From the NCBI GenBank assembly GCA_964016885.1, contig CAXHJY010000345.1:1-39403 (forward strand): DNA of 39,403 bases. Reading direction: 5' to 3'. The notes beneath the pieces are model-generated. The model was not told the DNA's origin, made no database searches, and saw nothing but the letters and a program-made list of their open reading frames with translations. Positions within the stretch are counted from its first letter, which is position 1; every line of letters begins with the position of its first letter. Position numbers and translations under genes: made by a program. This DNA comes from Eledone cirrhosa (taxonomy: Eukaryota). Shown piece after piece: positions 18,310 through 38,955 of the stretch.

Positions 18310-21251
18310 ACTTTGAATAACTTTGAAATGTTTTGGCCAGTATTGGCCCAGGCCATGTCTAACTTAATAGCACCACCTGGCGAAGTCTTTCAATTCAGGA
18401 TTTGGGCACCATGGCCCATTCGAGAAGAGAATTACTGTTTGCGGAGACATATCCGGGTGTGGGTGGTTTGTCCGGGATTACTTGGAGGAATTTGTCCAAA
18501 GACTTCTTGAATTTTGTGTGGTCAGTTTCTGTTTTGACGTGTCCTGGTGTGATGTTGAAGAGAGCAGGGCCGATTGAGGTGAAATAATTGTGCCGTATTG
18601 TTGTTATGAGTTGCGATTTAGATTTTTGAATGGGACGGATAGCACGGGGCCCAAGCCTTGGGTGTATCTTGAAGGCGATGCCAACATCATTTGGGCAGTG
18701 ATGATGGAACATTTTCCACATCATGCAGATAATATAACGCTCACGGCGACGTTGGAGTGAGTAAAGTTTCAGGTTTTCCAATCGACCCCAGTAGTCAAGG
18801 TCTGACATGCCATCTATCTTTTTCGTGATTGCCCTTTGAGGAGCTTCAAGTTTCATGATACTTTGTTTCGTGTGGGGAGACCACAGTGGACAACAGTATT
18901 CAAGGTGTGGTCGGGCGAAAGTAGAGAAGAGAAGGATAATGGTGCGGGAATCTCTCGACTGGAAGGTTCTGAGGATCCAGGAACACATTCTGCGGGCCAT
19001 GTCAACTTTGCTGCTTATATGCGTGGTCCAGCTTATGTTGCTGTCCACGGTTACTCCCAAGTCTCTGATGTTGTTAGATGCCACGAGAGTTTCCCCGGAG
19101 GGAAGGGAGTACGGGAGTTTCAGAGCATCCTCTTTTCCAAAGTGGATCAGTTCGAATTTGTCTTCGTTCAGTAACATGTTGTTCTTTTCTGCCCATTGGG
19201 TAACAGCCAGTAGGTCTGACTGAAGGCTTATCCGGTCATCCACGCCATTGATGACCTTTTGGAGCTTGGAATCATCAGCGAAAATTTTAATGTTGCTGTG
19301 TTTGATGATGTCAGTGATGTCATTAATATAGATGATGAAGAGAAGTGGGCCCAACACAGTGCCTTGTGGGACTCCACTACTGACTTTGGCTGGGCTTGAT
19401 TTGACTCCCTCAACTACAACATGTTGGGTTCTGTTTGACAGGAAGCTCTTGATCCACTGCAGCAGCTTTCCAGTGACACCAATATTGGACAGCTTTCTCA
19501 GTAGAATGTTATGATCAACCCTGTCAAAGGCCTTGCTGAAATCAAGGTAGATAACATCAGTGTTGGAACCCTCTCCCAAGGCTCTCAAAATGTCATCAAA
19601 GTGATGCAGTAGTTGCGTCAGGCAATCCCTTCCATTACGGAATCCATGCTGGTTGGAGTTCAGCATATTGTTACTCTCAAGGAAGTGGGTCATTCGCGAT
19701 CTCACCACTCGCTCAAATACCTTAATGATATGAGAGGTGAGTGAGATTGGACGGTAATTCACGGCAAGGGATTTGTTTCCCTTTTTGAAAACTGGGACAA
19801 CAGACTGGGATAGAAGGTTTTCTGGCACATATCCAGCATCCAGTGAGTTCCGCCACAGATTGGCAAGAGGAGAAGCAAGTTGGTGTTGACACGCCTTCAA
19901 GACACAAGCAGGGAACCTATCGGGACCTACTGCTGAATTATGCTTGATTTCCTTTATTGCCGCCAAGACATCAGGGGCGCCAAACGTTATGTCCGATAAG
20001 GTGTAATGGGGAGTAACATCGCCGATACAGCCCAGATCGGCCATATCAGGATTGCTGAAAACAGAGCAGTATTGTTTCTGCAGTATCTCACCCATGGTTT
20101 TAGCATTGTCTTGAAGAGTGCCATTTTCATCAATTAGAGGGCCAACAGTAGAGCCAGTGATTTTGTGTTTTTTTGCAAATGAAAAGAACACTTTGGGATT
20201 GAGTTTGATCTTCTCAATGGCCCAGGCCTCTTCAGCTCTTCTCTGATTGTTGATGAGGGACATTATGTTGTTTTGGAGGTTATGTTTTTTAATCTCTAGT
20301 GATGAAATGGCAGTCAAGTTGATGTGTTGCTGCTGACAGTATTTCAGCTTGTTGATTTTTTTGTTCGTTCTCTTAATTTTTCTGATGAGTGTTTTTCTAT
20401 TTCTAGGGATTCTGCTCTTAGATTTGTTTATAGTTCTTAATGGGGTGTGTTTAGCACATATGTTTGTAACAGTGTCCACAAATGTCTGCCAGGACTTTTT
20501 GATGTTAGTGGGTGTATGAGTGTGCGTGAAGGACCAGTCGACATGTGCAAGATCATGACTGATCGCTTCCCAGTTTGCATTGTGGAAATCCATAGCGTCA
20601 AACGGATGGACAGGAGAAATGACATTGGGTTTGTATATTGGACGGTGGAAACTCAGATCACAGAGAACCATGTCATGATCAGAGAGTAGAGTTTTCTCCA
20701 CTGCAATATTGTGGATATTGTCAGTGTGATTGCTGAAAATTAAGTCTAGGACGTTTTTGTGGCACCTCGTTGGTTCGAGCACTAGTTGGGATAGGAAGAA
20801 ATCATCCATGAAGTCAAGAAGCGATTCCACAGCTTCCCTGTCAGAGGTTGAGGCAGAAGAACCTGGTGGCAGGGTGTTTGTGGACCAGTCAACTCCGGGG
20901 AGGTTGAAGTCCCCCATCATTAAGATGTTGTCAGGGTGACACTCTTGGATGAAACACTTTATGCTGTTGAGGCATTCCTTGAAGCATGGTACAGGCGTTT
21001 GGGGTGGCCTATAGAGCCCAACTACTAATAGGTTGTTGGTTTGACTGAATACAGTGACTGCCTCACAGTATCCATTAGTGAATATGTTCATAGCCTCTGT
21101 TGAGAAAGAATTATGGACATAAATGGCAGTTCCGCCCTTTCTTCTGCCAGCGCGATCAGCACGGATGGCTTTGAAATTTTTCACTTTCACCTCGGCTTCC
21201 AAGTGGAGGTTACTGAGATGGGTTTCAGTGAGGACGAAGAAAGGGATGTGG
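18310..21251 (-). mobile_element. 5'-truncated non-LTR retrotransposon (CR1-group LINE)
   Basis: APE+RT frame; short 3' UTR with GGCCA-atac-TGGCC hairpin and tandem tail (TTCAAAGTTA)2 merging into TA; (TA)n on both sides. Confidence 0.9.
18395..21251 (-). CDS. LINE ORF2: apurinic-like endonuclease plus reverse transcriptase, 5'-partial, about 950 codons without stop or frameshift
   Basis: [37 protein letters not shown] (APE); [57 protein letters not shown] (RT and C-terminus). The extension of the listed ORF to 23299 is microsatellite read-through. Confidence 0.93.
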
Positions 21252-28166
<6,915 letters not shown>

Positions 28167-28528
28167 CATCTTTTCAAATGTTGATTAATATTTAGAAAAA
28201 TTAATAATAAGAAGAGTTAAAATTTGAGATTTGAAAATTCAAGTATAAAATTCAGTGTGGGATTTCATAGTAGTTTTCTTCTTGGTAGCAGCAAGTTGAC
28301 TGCTGTGTGTCTCTTTCTGGTGGTGAATGAGGAATTATTTGTGGGGAGTGGTTTTTTTTTTAAGGTCAGATTTAGCAATGGCCAGATGGCCAGCTGCTGG
28401 TCAGTGAGGGGGTGGAAGCAATATACATACATATATCTCCATGTGGTCGGTAGGAGAGGGGAGAGTGATAGAAAGGGATTTAGTGCATTTACACCTATAT
28501 ATACACATACCCTCATCCACACACACAT

Positions 28529-28577
<49 letters not shown>

Positions 28578-28605
28578 TACATACACACACACATACATAT
28601 ACATA

Positions 28606-28647
<42 letters not shown>

Positions 28648-29338
28648 TACACACACATATATATACACACACACACATATATATATACATACACATACAT
28701 CGCGATACACACATACGTACACATTTACATACATACACATATATATATATGTACATACACACATATATATATATATATATACACACATACATACACACAC
28801 ACATATATACCCATACACACACATATATATACACACACACACATATATATACATACACATACATCTAGATACACACATACATACACACACACACATACAT
28901 ACACATACATACCTCCACATGCACACACATACACACACACATACATACACATACATACACCCATACACATAGAGAAATGACCTCCAAATATATATATATA
29001 CATACATACACATATATTTTTTCCATAATATAAGAAGTTAGAACAGTGAAATTAAAATACAAGTCATTCTGATCACATTGAGTTCTTCATGTAGATTGGG
29101 CCCCGCAACCGACAGTGGTGAATTCTCTGTGCGCATATATATATAGATATATGTGTGTGCACGTGCAGGGTTTAACCTGGATGTGTTGGTCACACAAAGG
29201 CATGGTCTGTCAACGAATAAACCTGATTCTACAGAATTGGTCTCTGGTCTTTAATAGTAGTGATAATTATATACATGCACACATACACACACATATCTGT
29301 CACTCCGTGCGTATGTGTGTTTATATTTTATGACAATT

Positions 29339-31572
29339 CTATTGGGGTGATAACCCGTTTAGTTTTGGTTTAAATTTGTTAAGGAATAGATTTTCTTTGT
29401 TTATTCTTTGTTGCTGTGTGAACGAATCTGAGCACTTGTAGAAGGGGAAGATTTTAAAGTTGGGTAGTGTCATTCCTGCGCAGTTCGCAATATGGCTGCT
29501 CAATGGGATTTTTCTTGTGTTAGCGTCCCGGATTTGTTGGCGGTGGATGGTCATTCTTTTGCGTAATGAGGTGCCCGTCTGTCTTATGTAGTTGTGTTTG
29601 CACCCACTACAAGTTATTGCGTAAATCAAGTTCTCCGAGTTGCAGGTGAAATTGTTTTTTACTGTAAATGTTTGGCCATCTTTAAATGTAAATTTTTGTC
29701 CTTCAGTGAGGTAGAGGCACGTTCCACAGTTTGTTCTACTACATTTGGTAACTGTAGGGTTGAGCATTGGTTTGGGTATATTTGGTCCAGTGAGAATGCG
29801 TTTTAGTGATTTGGGTTGTCTTTTACTTTTAAGGATCTTGTGTGTTTCAAGAATAGACTTCATTTTTACATCTTTAAGTAGGATGGGGAGGTTTTTGTGT
29901 TAGGTGATCAAACATTTCGGTATTTCTGGGGTTGAAAGTGGATACATATGGCAGGGTGTTGAGTATGGTTTTCTGTTTTGGATTGTTAAGTTGATGGGGA
30001 TTTAGGTGTTTTGCCCTGTCTATTCCATTGTTGATTATTTCAAGTGGAAGGGCTCTTAAGTTCCTTTAGTCTTTGCTACCGTTTAGGTGGATCTGATACT
30101 ATGGTACATATACGTTTGGCCAAATTGTAAGGAATGTTAAGTTTTGTATGTTTTGGGTGACTTGATGTGAAAAAGAGGTATTGCTTGGAATCTGTTGGTT
30201 TATAGAATATATCTGTATCTAATTTCCCGTCTATTACAGAGATGAGAATATCCAAGAAGGCTAATTCCTTGGGATTGGATTCTATTGTGAATTGTATGTT
30301 ATTATCTATGTTGTTTATCATGTTTTTAAATATAGTAAGTGAGTTCATGTCTTCTTGCCATAGGATAAAGCAGTCGTCTAGATATCTTTTCCAATTGGCT
30401 TTTAGGTATGTGTGGAAAGAGTCTCCAAATAAGAGAAGGGATTGACTGTATATTTGTTGTTCATGGAATCCCATGACTAGGGTGGCATATGTGGGTGCTA
30501 CTTTTGTGCCCATTGCAGTACCCGATACTTGTCTGTATGTTGAACCATTGAATGTGAAGTAGTTATTTTGTAGGATAAAGCGGAGTCCGTCAGTGATAAA
30601 ATCTTTGTTGATGCGTGTCGGTATTTCTGATGGGTGTGTGTTAAGCCAGTATTGGACTGCTGTTATTCCATAGTTGTGGGGTATGTTTGTGTAGAGGTTT
30701 ATTACGTCAAAGGAGACAAGAATTGTATTTGCACTTACTGTTTTAGGGAGGTGTTTCAGCATGTCAAGGTCATCTCGTATGTAGCTCTGTATATGTTGTA
30801 GAAAGGGTTTCAGTAAGATGTCCAGAAAGTTGCTAAGTCTGTGGGTTTCACATGTAGGGCCTGCTATAATTGGCCTGAGTTTTAGGTCTTCTGGTGGTGT
30901 TAGTTCAATGTAATTGTTGGTTGAGGTGTCACATGCATCGTTTATGGGTTTACATTTGTGGAGTTTCGGTAAGCCGTAAAAAGAGCTTGTATTGCATTTG
31001 AAGTGGCTTATATAGTTAAACTCTTTTGTGGTTAAGCTGTTGCGGTATTTATTCAGTAAGGTCAAAAGGTTCCCCATTGTTTTGGTGTGTTTGTAGTTTT
31101 CTGTTTTTTCATAGTATGTGTTGTTTTCTAAAATGTTAAGTGCGAGGGTTCTATAGTAGTCCGTATTCATAATGACAACAGTACTGCCTTTATCGGCTTC
31201 TTTGATAGTTATCTCAGGGTTGTTTCTAAGTGTGAATAATTCTTCCCATTCGTGTGTAGATAGGTTTGATTTCGTGTGTTTATTTGTAATTTTTTCATAG
31301 GGAAAGTTGGTGATGTGTTCGCAGTACGTGTCCAGTGCTTTATTTCTTCCCTTTTGTGGGCAGAAATTGCTTTTATTTCTAACCAGTGATTCGTCTTCAG
31401 TGTTGGTGTCGTTGTGGAAGAATTCCGTTAGTCGCAGCTTTCGGCAGTATTCCATGATGTCATCCTTCATTTCGGGAAGTTTGGTTTACGTGGTGTAGGT
31501 GTAAATTTTAGGCCCTTACTTAAAATGTTGATTTGTGTGTTGGTTAGAGGTGTCTTTGAGAGGTTGATTATT
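29339..31572 (-). pseudogene. PLE RT/GIY-YIG polyprotein, disrupted
   Basis: IINLS..LSKGLKFTPTP (frameshift near 31470), ADKGS, FYGLPKLHK, RPIIAG, FDVINLYTNIP, GTAMGTKVAPTYA, RYLDD, FLDI, YKPTD, SSHP; stop at 30076 and frame breaks before endonuclease ORF 29339..29863 (LIY..YIR). Confidence 0.92.
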
Positions 31573-31685
31573 TGTGTATGTATATATATGTGTGTATGTA
31601 TATATATATGTGTGTGTGTGTATGTATGTGTGGGTGTGTGTATATATATGTGTATGTATATGTGTGTATATATGTGTATGTACAC

Positions 31686-31719
<34 letters not shown>

Positions 31720-31863
31720 ATGTATGTGTGTATCTGGATGTATGTGTATGTATGTATATATATATATGTGTGTGTGTGTATATATATATATATGTGTGTG
31801 TATGTGCATATATGTGTGTGTGTATGTGTGTATGTATATGATTTGTGTGTGTATGTATGTGTG

Positions 31864-31916
<53 letters not shown>

Positions 31917-32275
31917 ATGTATATGTATATGTATGTATGTGTGGATGAAGGTATGTGTGTATATATAGGTGTAAGTGCACTAAATCCCTTACTATCAATC
32001 TCCCCTCTCCTACCGACCACAGCGAGATATATGTATGTATATTGCTTCCACCCCCTCACTGACCAGCAGCTGGCCATCTGGCCATTGCTAAATCTGACCT
32101 TTATAAAATAACCCACACCCCCAAATAACTTCTCATTCACTACCAGAAAGGCACACAGCAGTCAACTAGCGGCTACCAAGATGAAAACTACTATGAAATC
32201 CCACAGTGAATTTTATACTTGAATTTTCAAGTCTCAAATTTTAACTCTTCTTATTATTAATTTGTCTTAATATTA

Positions 32276-32330
32276 ATCAACATTTGAAAAGTTGGCTTTT
32301 GCAGACCCATCGAAACCGGTCATTTATTAT
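32276..32330 (+). ncRNA. Hammerhead-like motif of family A (U3-A8 variant, one stem II mismatch)
   Basis: TTGAAAA(32284-32290) GTTGG..CCATC GAAA(32312-32315) CCGG TC. Confidence 0.55.
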
Positions 32331-32420
32331 ACCTTATGAAATTATATGTTTTTTCACAAAAAAGTATTCTGTCTCTTATATATTCCATGTGCCATTACCA
32401 AACTCAATGTTCTCTCTCTA

Positions 32421-32522
32421 TATATATATATATGTTATATATATATATTATTTATATATATAATATATATAATATATATATATTATATATATATATATTA
32501 TATATATATATAATATATATAC

Positions 32523-32563
<41 letters not shown>

Positions 32564-32631
32564 ATATATATATATATATATTATATATATATATTATATA
32601 TATATTATATACATATATATATTAATATATA

Positions 32632-32710
<79 letters not shown>

Positions 32711-32870
32711 ATATATATATATTATATATATATATATTATATATATATATATATTATATATATATTATATATATATTATATATATATTATATATATTATA
32801 TTAATATATATATTATATATATATATATATTATATATTATATATATATACGTATACATATATATATATAT

Positions 32871-32901
<31 letters not shown>

Positions 32902-33072
32902 ATATATATATATTATATATATATATATATATTATATATAATATATATATATATACATATACATATATATATATATTATATATACATATACATATATATA
33001 TATATTATATATATATATTATATATATATGTATATGATATATATATATTATATATATATATATTATATATAT

Positions 33073-33103
<31 letters not shown>

Positions 33104-33160
33104 ATATATATATTATATACATATATATATTATACATATATATATTATATATATATATAT

Positions 33161-33194
<34 letters not shown>

Positions 33195-34530
33195 ATATAT
33201 TATATATATATATATATTATATATATATTATATATATATATATATTATATATATATATATATTATATATATATATATATTATATATATATATATATTATA
33301 TATATATATATATTATATATATATTATATATATATTATATTTATATATATATTATATTTATATATATATTATATATATATTATATTTATATATATATTAT
33401 ATTTATATATATATTATATATATTATATTAATATATATATATATATATATATTATAAATATATATTATATATATATATTATATATATATATATATTATAT
33501 ATATATATATATTATATATATATATACGTATACATATATATATATATATTATATATATATATATATTATATATATTATATATATATATATATTATATATA
33601 GATATATATACATATACATATATATATTATATAATATATATATATATACATATAATATATATATTATATATATATTATATATATATATTATATATATATA
33701 TTATATATATATATTATATATATATATATTATATATATATTATATATATATTATATATAAATAATATATATATATATTATATATATATATATTATATATA
33801 TATTATATATATATTATATATAAATAATATATATATATATTATTTATATATATTATATATATATATATATATTATATATATATATATATTATATATATAT
33901 ATTATATATATATATTATATATATATATATATTATATATATATTATATATATATTATATATATATTATATATAAATAATATATATATATATTATTTATAT
34001 ATATTATATATATATATATTATATATATATATATTATATATATATATTATATATATATATTATATATATATATATATTATATATATATATTATATATATA
34101 TTATATATATATTATATATAATTAATATATATATATATATTATATATATATTATATATAAATATATATATATTATATATATATTATATATAAATAATATA
34201 TATATATATATTATATATATATTATATATAAATAATATATATATATATTATTTATATAAATTATATATATATATATTATATATATATATATTATATATAT
34301 ATATTATATATATATATATTATATATATATATATTATATATATATATATTATATATATATAGATATTATATATATATATTATATATATATAGATATTATA
34401 TATATAGAGATATTATATATATATATATATATATTATATAGATATTATATATATATATATATATATATTATATTATATATTATATATTATATAAATATAT
34501 ATTATATATTTTATATATATATTATATATA
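32421..34530. repeat. T-interrupted (TA)n microsatellite
   Basis: Directly visible. Confidence 0.96.
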
Positions 34531-34541
34531 TTATTAAAATA

Positions 34542-34617
34542 ACAGATTAAAGTTTAAGCAAAGAATCGCTGCTTTCACCCTTAACGGGATCTTCTGAAAC
34601 TACCAAAGTCAATCAGT
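34542..34617 (-). ncRNA. Hammerhead-like motif of family C (variant core CAGAAGA)
   Basis: Reverse complement of 38073-38148 with two substitutions. Confidence 0.55.
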
Positions 34618-35529
34618 AAACGCAGAACTGGATATTTAAAAAAACGTTGCAACCGGAGGAAGACAGGAAGACGATACTTTGGTTCGTGGTAACGTTCGCT
34701 GGCAAAGAACGGGGAAAAACGAATAATACGTCATTAATAGGAGCGGTGAAAAACAATTACGCGCAAAGACAAAACTACGTTTATGGTACAAAAGAGGTCG
34801 TAGACTAATGTTCTCTTAGGTGGTGCATCTAGACGTTCTCTGGCAATGAACGAAAAAACGAAGATAATAAGTCATATGTGTAGCGTGGAGAACAATAGCA
34901 CGCAAAGAGAAAACGACGTAAATGGTATAGCCGAAATCGTAGACTAAAATTCTAACTAGGAGACCAAATGAATCTCCGCTACAGAGTTAAGAACAAAGTA
35001 AATAAATACAATACAGAAGTAATAGGAACAAATAAATACATACACGCAAACAGATACGTACATACACAAGCATACGCAAAACCTTACCATGGGTATACAA
35101 AACCACGCACATATAAATATGTGTGTGTGTGTATGCTTGTGTACAAATAAATAAATAATTATATAAACGTATATAAGTAAAAAAATACGTATATAACAAG
35201 CGCACACGCATACCTACATATAAATACACGAATGTTCGGAGACGTAAGTCAACTAAAACAAGAAGTACACATATACACACACCCACCATACGTACGAACC
35301 TGCACACTCACACGGACTCAAAACTCCCGTATACACATAGCCAAATCCTAAATACCAGAATATGTAAAAATTATACGCTATAACAGTCAAATATACGTAC
35401 GAGAAGGTATACATACCTTCACAAAACATACGGGTAATATATACTGACCTATGCAAATAAGTAAAGGAATAAACAAAACATATACTTAGCTCCCACATCA
35501 AGACGTAAAATATCCACGTATAGATCGTG

Positions 35530-37645
35530 CTATCCGTTAGGGAATAACATGGGGCTGTAATACAGGAAAGTTTTGTGCAATTTATGTTTACAAGCCGAAA
35601 TTGCCTCAGATTTTTTGTTTAAGATGTGGTCTGTAGCGTAGACTATTTCCAGGGCCTCAGCGGCGCAGAGGTCACATGGTCTTTTATTTCCGTTATACGA
35701 TCTAGCCCTAGCTAGGATCTCCCAGTGTAACTTATATTGGGTGTGGTTGTCTTTTAGACTCCAGATATAAGCTGAAAGTGACGTCATATTCCTTCTTAGA
35801 GGGTAACGAAAAGAATGGGTATGCATGTAAAGACGCTATTGGCGGTTAACCCTATGTAGGCCCTACGGGACGTGGGTGTTACAACCTTACATTTGTAGAC
35901 AATGTTACTAGAGAGGCATTTCTCGGATAGGGGGCAATCAGCCCGATTCCTACAATTACAGTTAGTACTACCTACAGGGTTGCACGTGTTCCTACGGCTA
36001 GGTAGTTTAGCTAAATTTGAAGCTGTGATGTTATGTGCAATGTTAGGTGTCGTAGAGTAAGAAATTTTAATAGTATTTCTATTAAACATTTTACTATATT
36101 TATGTGTAGGGGGAAAATGCTTCGTAATAAGGGAAAGAAAGATCTTAGCTAATGGTGTGGCCACCTCCATATTATATGGTGGGTTAAACCAACAAATGCG
36201 ACGGGATCTATTTCTTCTAGGTCTATTTCGTACTCTGTATATGCTACCTTATCGACAAATCCACTTCGAGCAAGAGCATCATTGTGATAAGTGGAATGGT
36301 CGTTGAAAATGCGCTCGTTGGTGAAAGACGGGAAAGCCTCAACGAAACGTTTCTTACCAGGTTCTTGGTTATGCTGGCAGGATGGTTGGAATGCTTACTT
36401 ATGTAATTAAGTGTATCATTCGGCTTTCTATACGGGTAATACAACCCATTCAATAAATTGAGGGTAACGTCGAGGTAATTAACGACCGAGAGATTGGCCT
36501 CAACCTGTATAGAGAGGTTGAAGCCTTTAAAGAAGGCTGTGAGTTCTTTCTGAACCTGTCGCAAGCACGAGGTCCGCACTTAGTCATGGTCAAAAGACCA
36601 TCGTCACGGTACAACCACCGCCCGCGTTGGGGAATTCGTCCTTGATAGAGAAAAGAAGGAAAAGGCCAATAAGATCAGTAACCTCCGCAGAGTCACTGGC
36701 GCCCATACTCACGTCGAATGGGGTACTATTGGATATTTTAATCCAAATAGAGTCGTCCAAATCAATCACCGACTTTCGCGCATTAAGGATGACATCAACT
36801 TCAAAATCCTTAACCACTGTGAGTGTTTTAGCGAAATTGATAGCTCTAAGGAGAAGTGGTAAAGTGATGGAGGAGTAGTAATTGTTGATGTCGAATTGGA
36901 TAAAACGGCAATGTTCCTTGTTACATATGCCGTTGAACCAATCAATCACCGCGAAAGAATTGTTCCACAGTGCGAGAGGGGCCAAACTTCTAATTTCAGG
37001 TATAATTCTATCAAGAATCGTTTTACTAAGTCTACCTAAATCGGACTTCGTAGGGTTAATAAGCCGAATAGAGGGGTTGTTCGGAAAATTGGATTTGTGA
37101 TCCTTCAGGGTAAAGTGGGGAGAGATAGGGTCCAGAGGTTCGGTCCGGTCCAGGATGTTGAGATCAGATGTGATTTTAAACCCAGCATCGTTGATTTCAT
37201 TAATGACGCACCGATTAGTTTTACGGTAATCCTTAGTTACAGCATTATGTAGTAGTTGATGGTAAGTACTCCGCTCCACTTGATATAGGTTGCCAGTTTT
37301 GTCGGAATGGACGTGCACGGCGTTAGAATCCTTAATAGAACGAATTCTATTCTTCAGGTCTTGCTGGAAGGAATTGCTCCTATTCCGAAATTTCATATAC
37401 CGAATGAGTTCCAAGACATCATTTTCGAAGGGTAGCAATGCTGGGTTCCACGGAGGGTTGTTATAAATTTTAAATCCAAATTTATCCTGTTTGTTGTCTG
37501 CTTTTCGCGGATTATCAAAATAAAAGGCACGCCAACGAAACCTTTTAATGAACGCGTCTGTTTTCTGTATCAGGAGATTTAGGTATGTTTTCCTGCTTGG
37601 TACGGGTATGTTCTTTGTAGAAATATTCAGATGTTGTTTCTGCAT
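35530..37645 (-). pseudogene. PLE RT/GIY-YIG polyprotein broken by several frameshifts
   Basis: STKNIPVP, SDKTGNLY, TLKDHK, RLINP.KSDLG, FIQFDI..YY.SI, FDVSMGASDSAE, out-of-frame LYRDDGL (about 36595-36615), NYLDVTL, YRKPN..SNHP, WFNPPY, CNCR..CPL..CL, IVY..YIG, CDLC..E, LNKKSE..CKH. Confidence 0.92.
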
Positions 37646-38072
37646 GATGAATATAAGTCAGTAGAGTGCGAAGGAGCCAAATAGTAATAATAATAAAATT
37701 GAAGACTAAAATCCATGGTAAGGTTTTGCGTATGCTTGTGTATGTACGTATCTGTTTGCGTGTATACCATTTACGTCGTTTTGTCTTTGCGTGCTATTGT
37801 TCTCCACGCTCCACATATGACTTATTATCTCCGTTTTTTCGTTCATTGCCAGAGAACGTCTCTATGCACCACCTAAGAGAACATTAGTCTACGACCTCTT
37901 TTATACATAAACGTGGTTTTGTCTTTGCGCGTAATTGTTTTTCACCGCTCCTATTAATGTCGTATTATTCGTTTTTTCCCGTTCTTTGCCAGCAAACGTT
38001 ACACGAACCAAAGTATCGTCTTCCTGTCTTCCTCCGGTTGCAACGTTTTTTGAAATATCCAGTTCTGCGTTT

Positions 38073-38148
38073 ACAGATTGACTTTGTTAGTTTCAGAAGA
38101 TCCCGTTAAGGGTGAAAGCAGCGATTCTTTGCTTAAACTTTAATCTGT
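38073..38148 (+). ncRNA. Type I hammerhead-like motif of family C (variant core)
   Basis: ACAGATTGA-ctttgtt-AGTTT CAGAAGA(38094-38100) tCCC-gttaa-GGGt GAAA(38114-38117) GCA-gcgattctt-TGC T T AAACT-TTAATCTGT: all three stems form; core has U4A and triplet CUU. Confidence 0.6.
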
Positions 38149-38251
38149 TATTTTAATAAATATTTGCTCTACGCGTCTTATATATTTGATATATATTTTC
38201 CTTATCGAGCCCTCTTTGGATTTTAGTCTTCAATTTTATTATTATTACTAT

Positions 38252-38259
38252 ATTATATA

Positions 38260-38304
<45 letters not shown>

Positions 38305-38339
38305 ATTATATATTATATATTATATATATATATATATAT

Positions 38340-38426
<87 letters not shown>

Positions 38427-38556
38427 TATATATATATATAAATATATTATATATATATATATTATATATATATATATTATATATATATATTATATATATA
38501 TATATTATATATATATATATATTATATATATATATATATTATATATATATATATAT

Positions 38557-38618
<62 letters not shown>

Positions 38619-38638
38619 ATATTATATATATATATATA

Positions 38639-38695
<57 letters not shown>

Positions 38696-38742
38696 ATCAT
38701 ATATATATATTATATATATAGATTATATTTATATATTATATA

Positions 38743-38789
<47 letters not shown>

Positions 38790-38820
38790 ATTATATATAT
38801 ATATTATATATATATATATA

Positions 38821-38865
<45 letters not shown>

Positions 38866-38912
38866 ATCATATATATATATTATATATATAGATTATATTT
38901 ATATATTATATA

Positions 38913-38955
<43 letters not shown>

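Larger units (their letters stand above)
28167..32420 (-). mobile_element. Penelope-like element A (Neptune-type), slightly 5'-truncated, with an inverted copy of its 3' end at about 31570-32420
   Basis: RT and C-terminal GIY-YIG with Cys-rich linker (CSRTNCGTC, FTC..NLIYAITCSGC); 31570-32290 is a reverse-complement homologue of 28167 to about 28860; (TA)n on both sides. Confidence 0.9.
34531..38251 (-). mobile_element. Penelope-like element C, near full length, with inverted arms (34531-35092 and 37713-38159)
   Basis: Degraded RT+GIY-YIG frame from ATG 37645 to 35530; arms are reverse complements; same endonuclease type as B (CxC-x5-CPL, CxxC, LNKxxE..CxH), which I recall as the Hydra-type PLE signature (needs phylogenetic confirmation). 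Confidence 0.9.

Noticed and set aside
18402-20939. Short ORFs antisense or out of frame within the LINE (similar ones occur in the PLE RT regions)
   Set aside because: Shadow ORFs of real RT coding sequence with no independent motifs.
34930-35042. 113-nt segment missing from the right arm of C, possible spliced intron
   Set aside because: No AG at the 3' boundary; the ends share a 3-nt TAT microhomology, so it is more likely a deletion.
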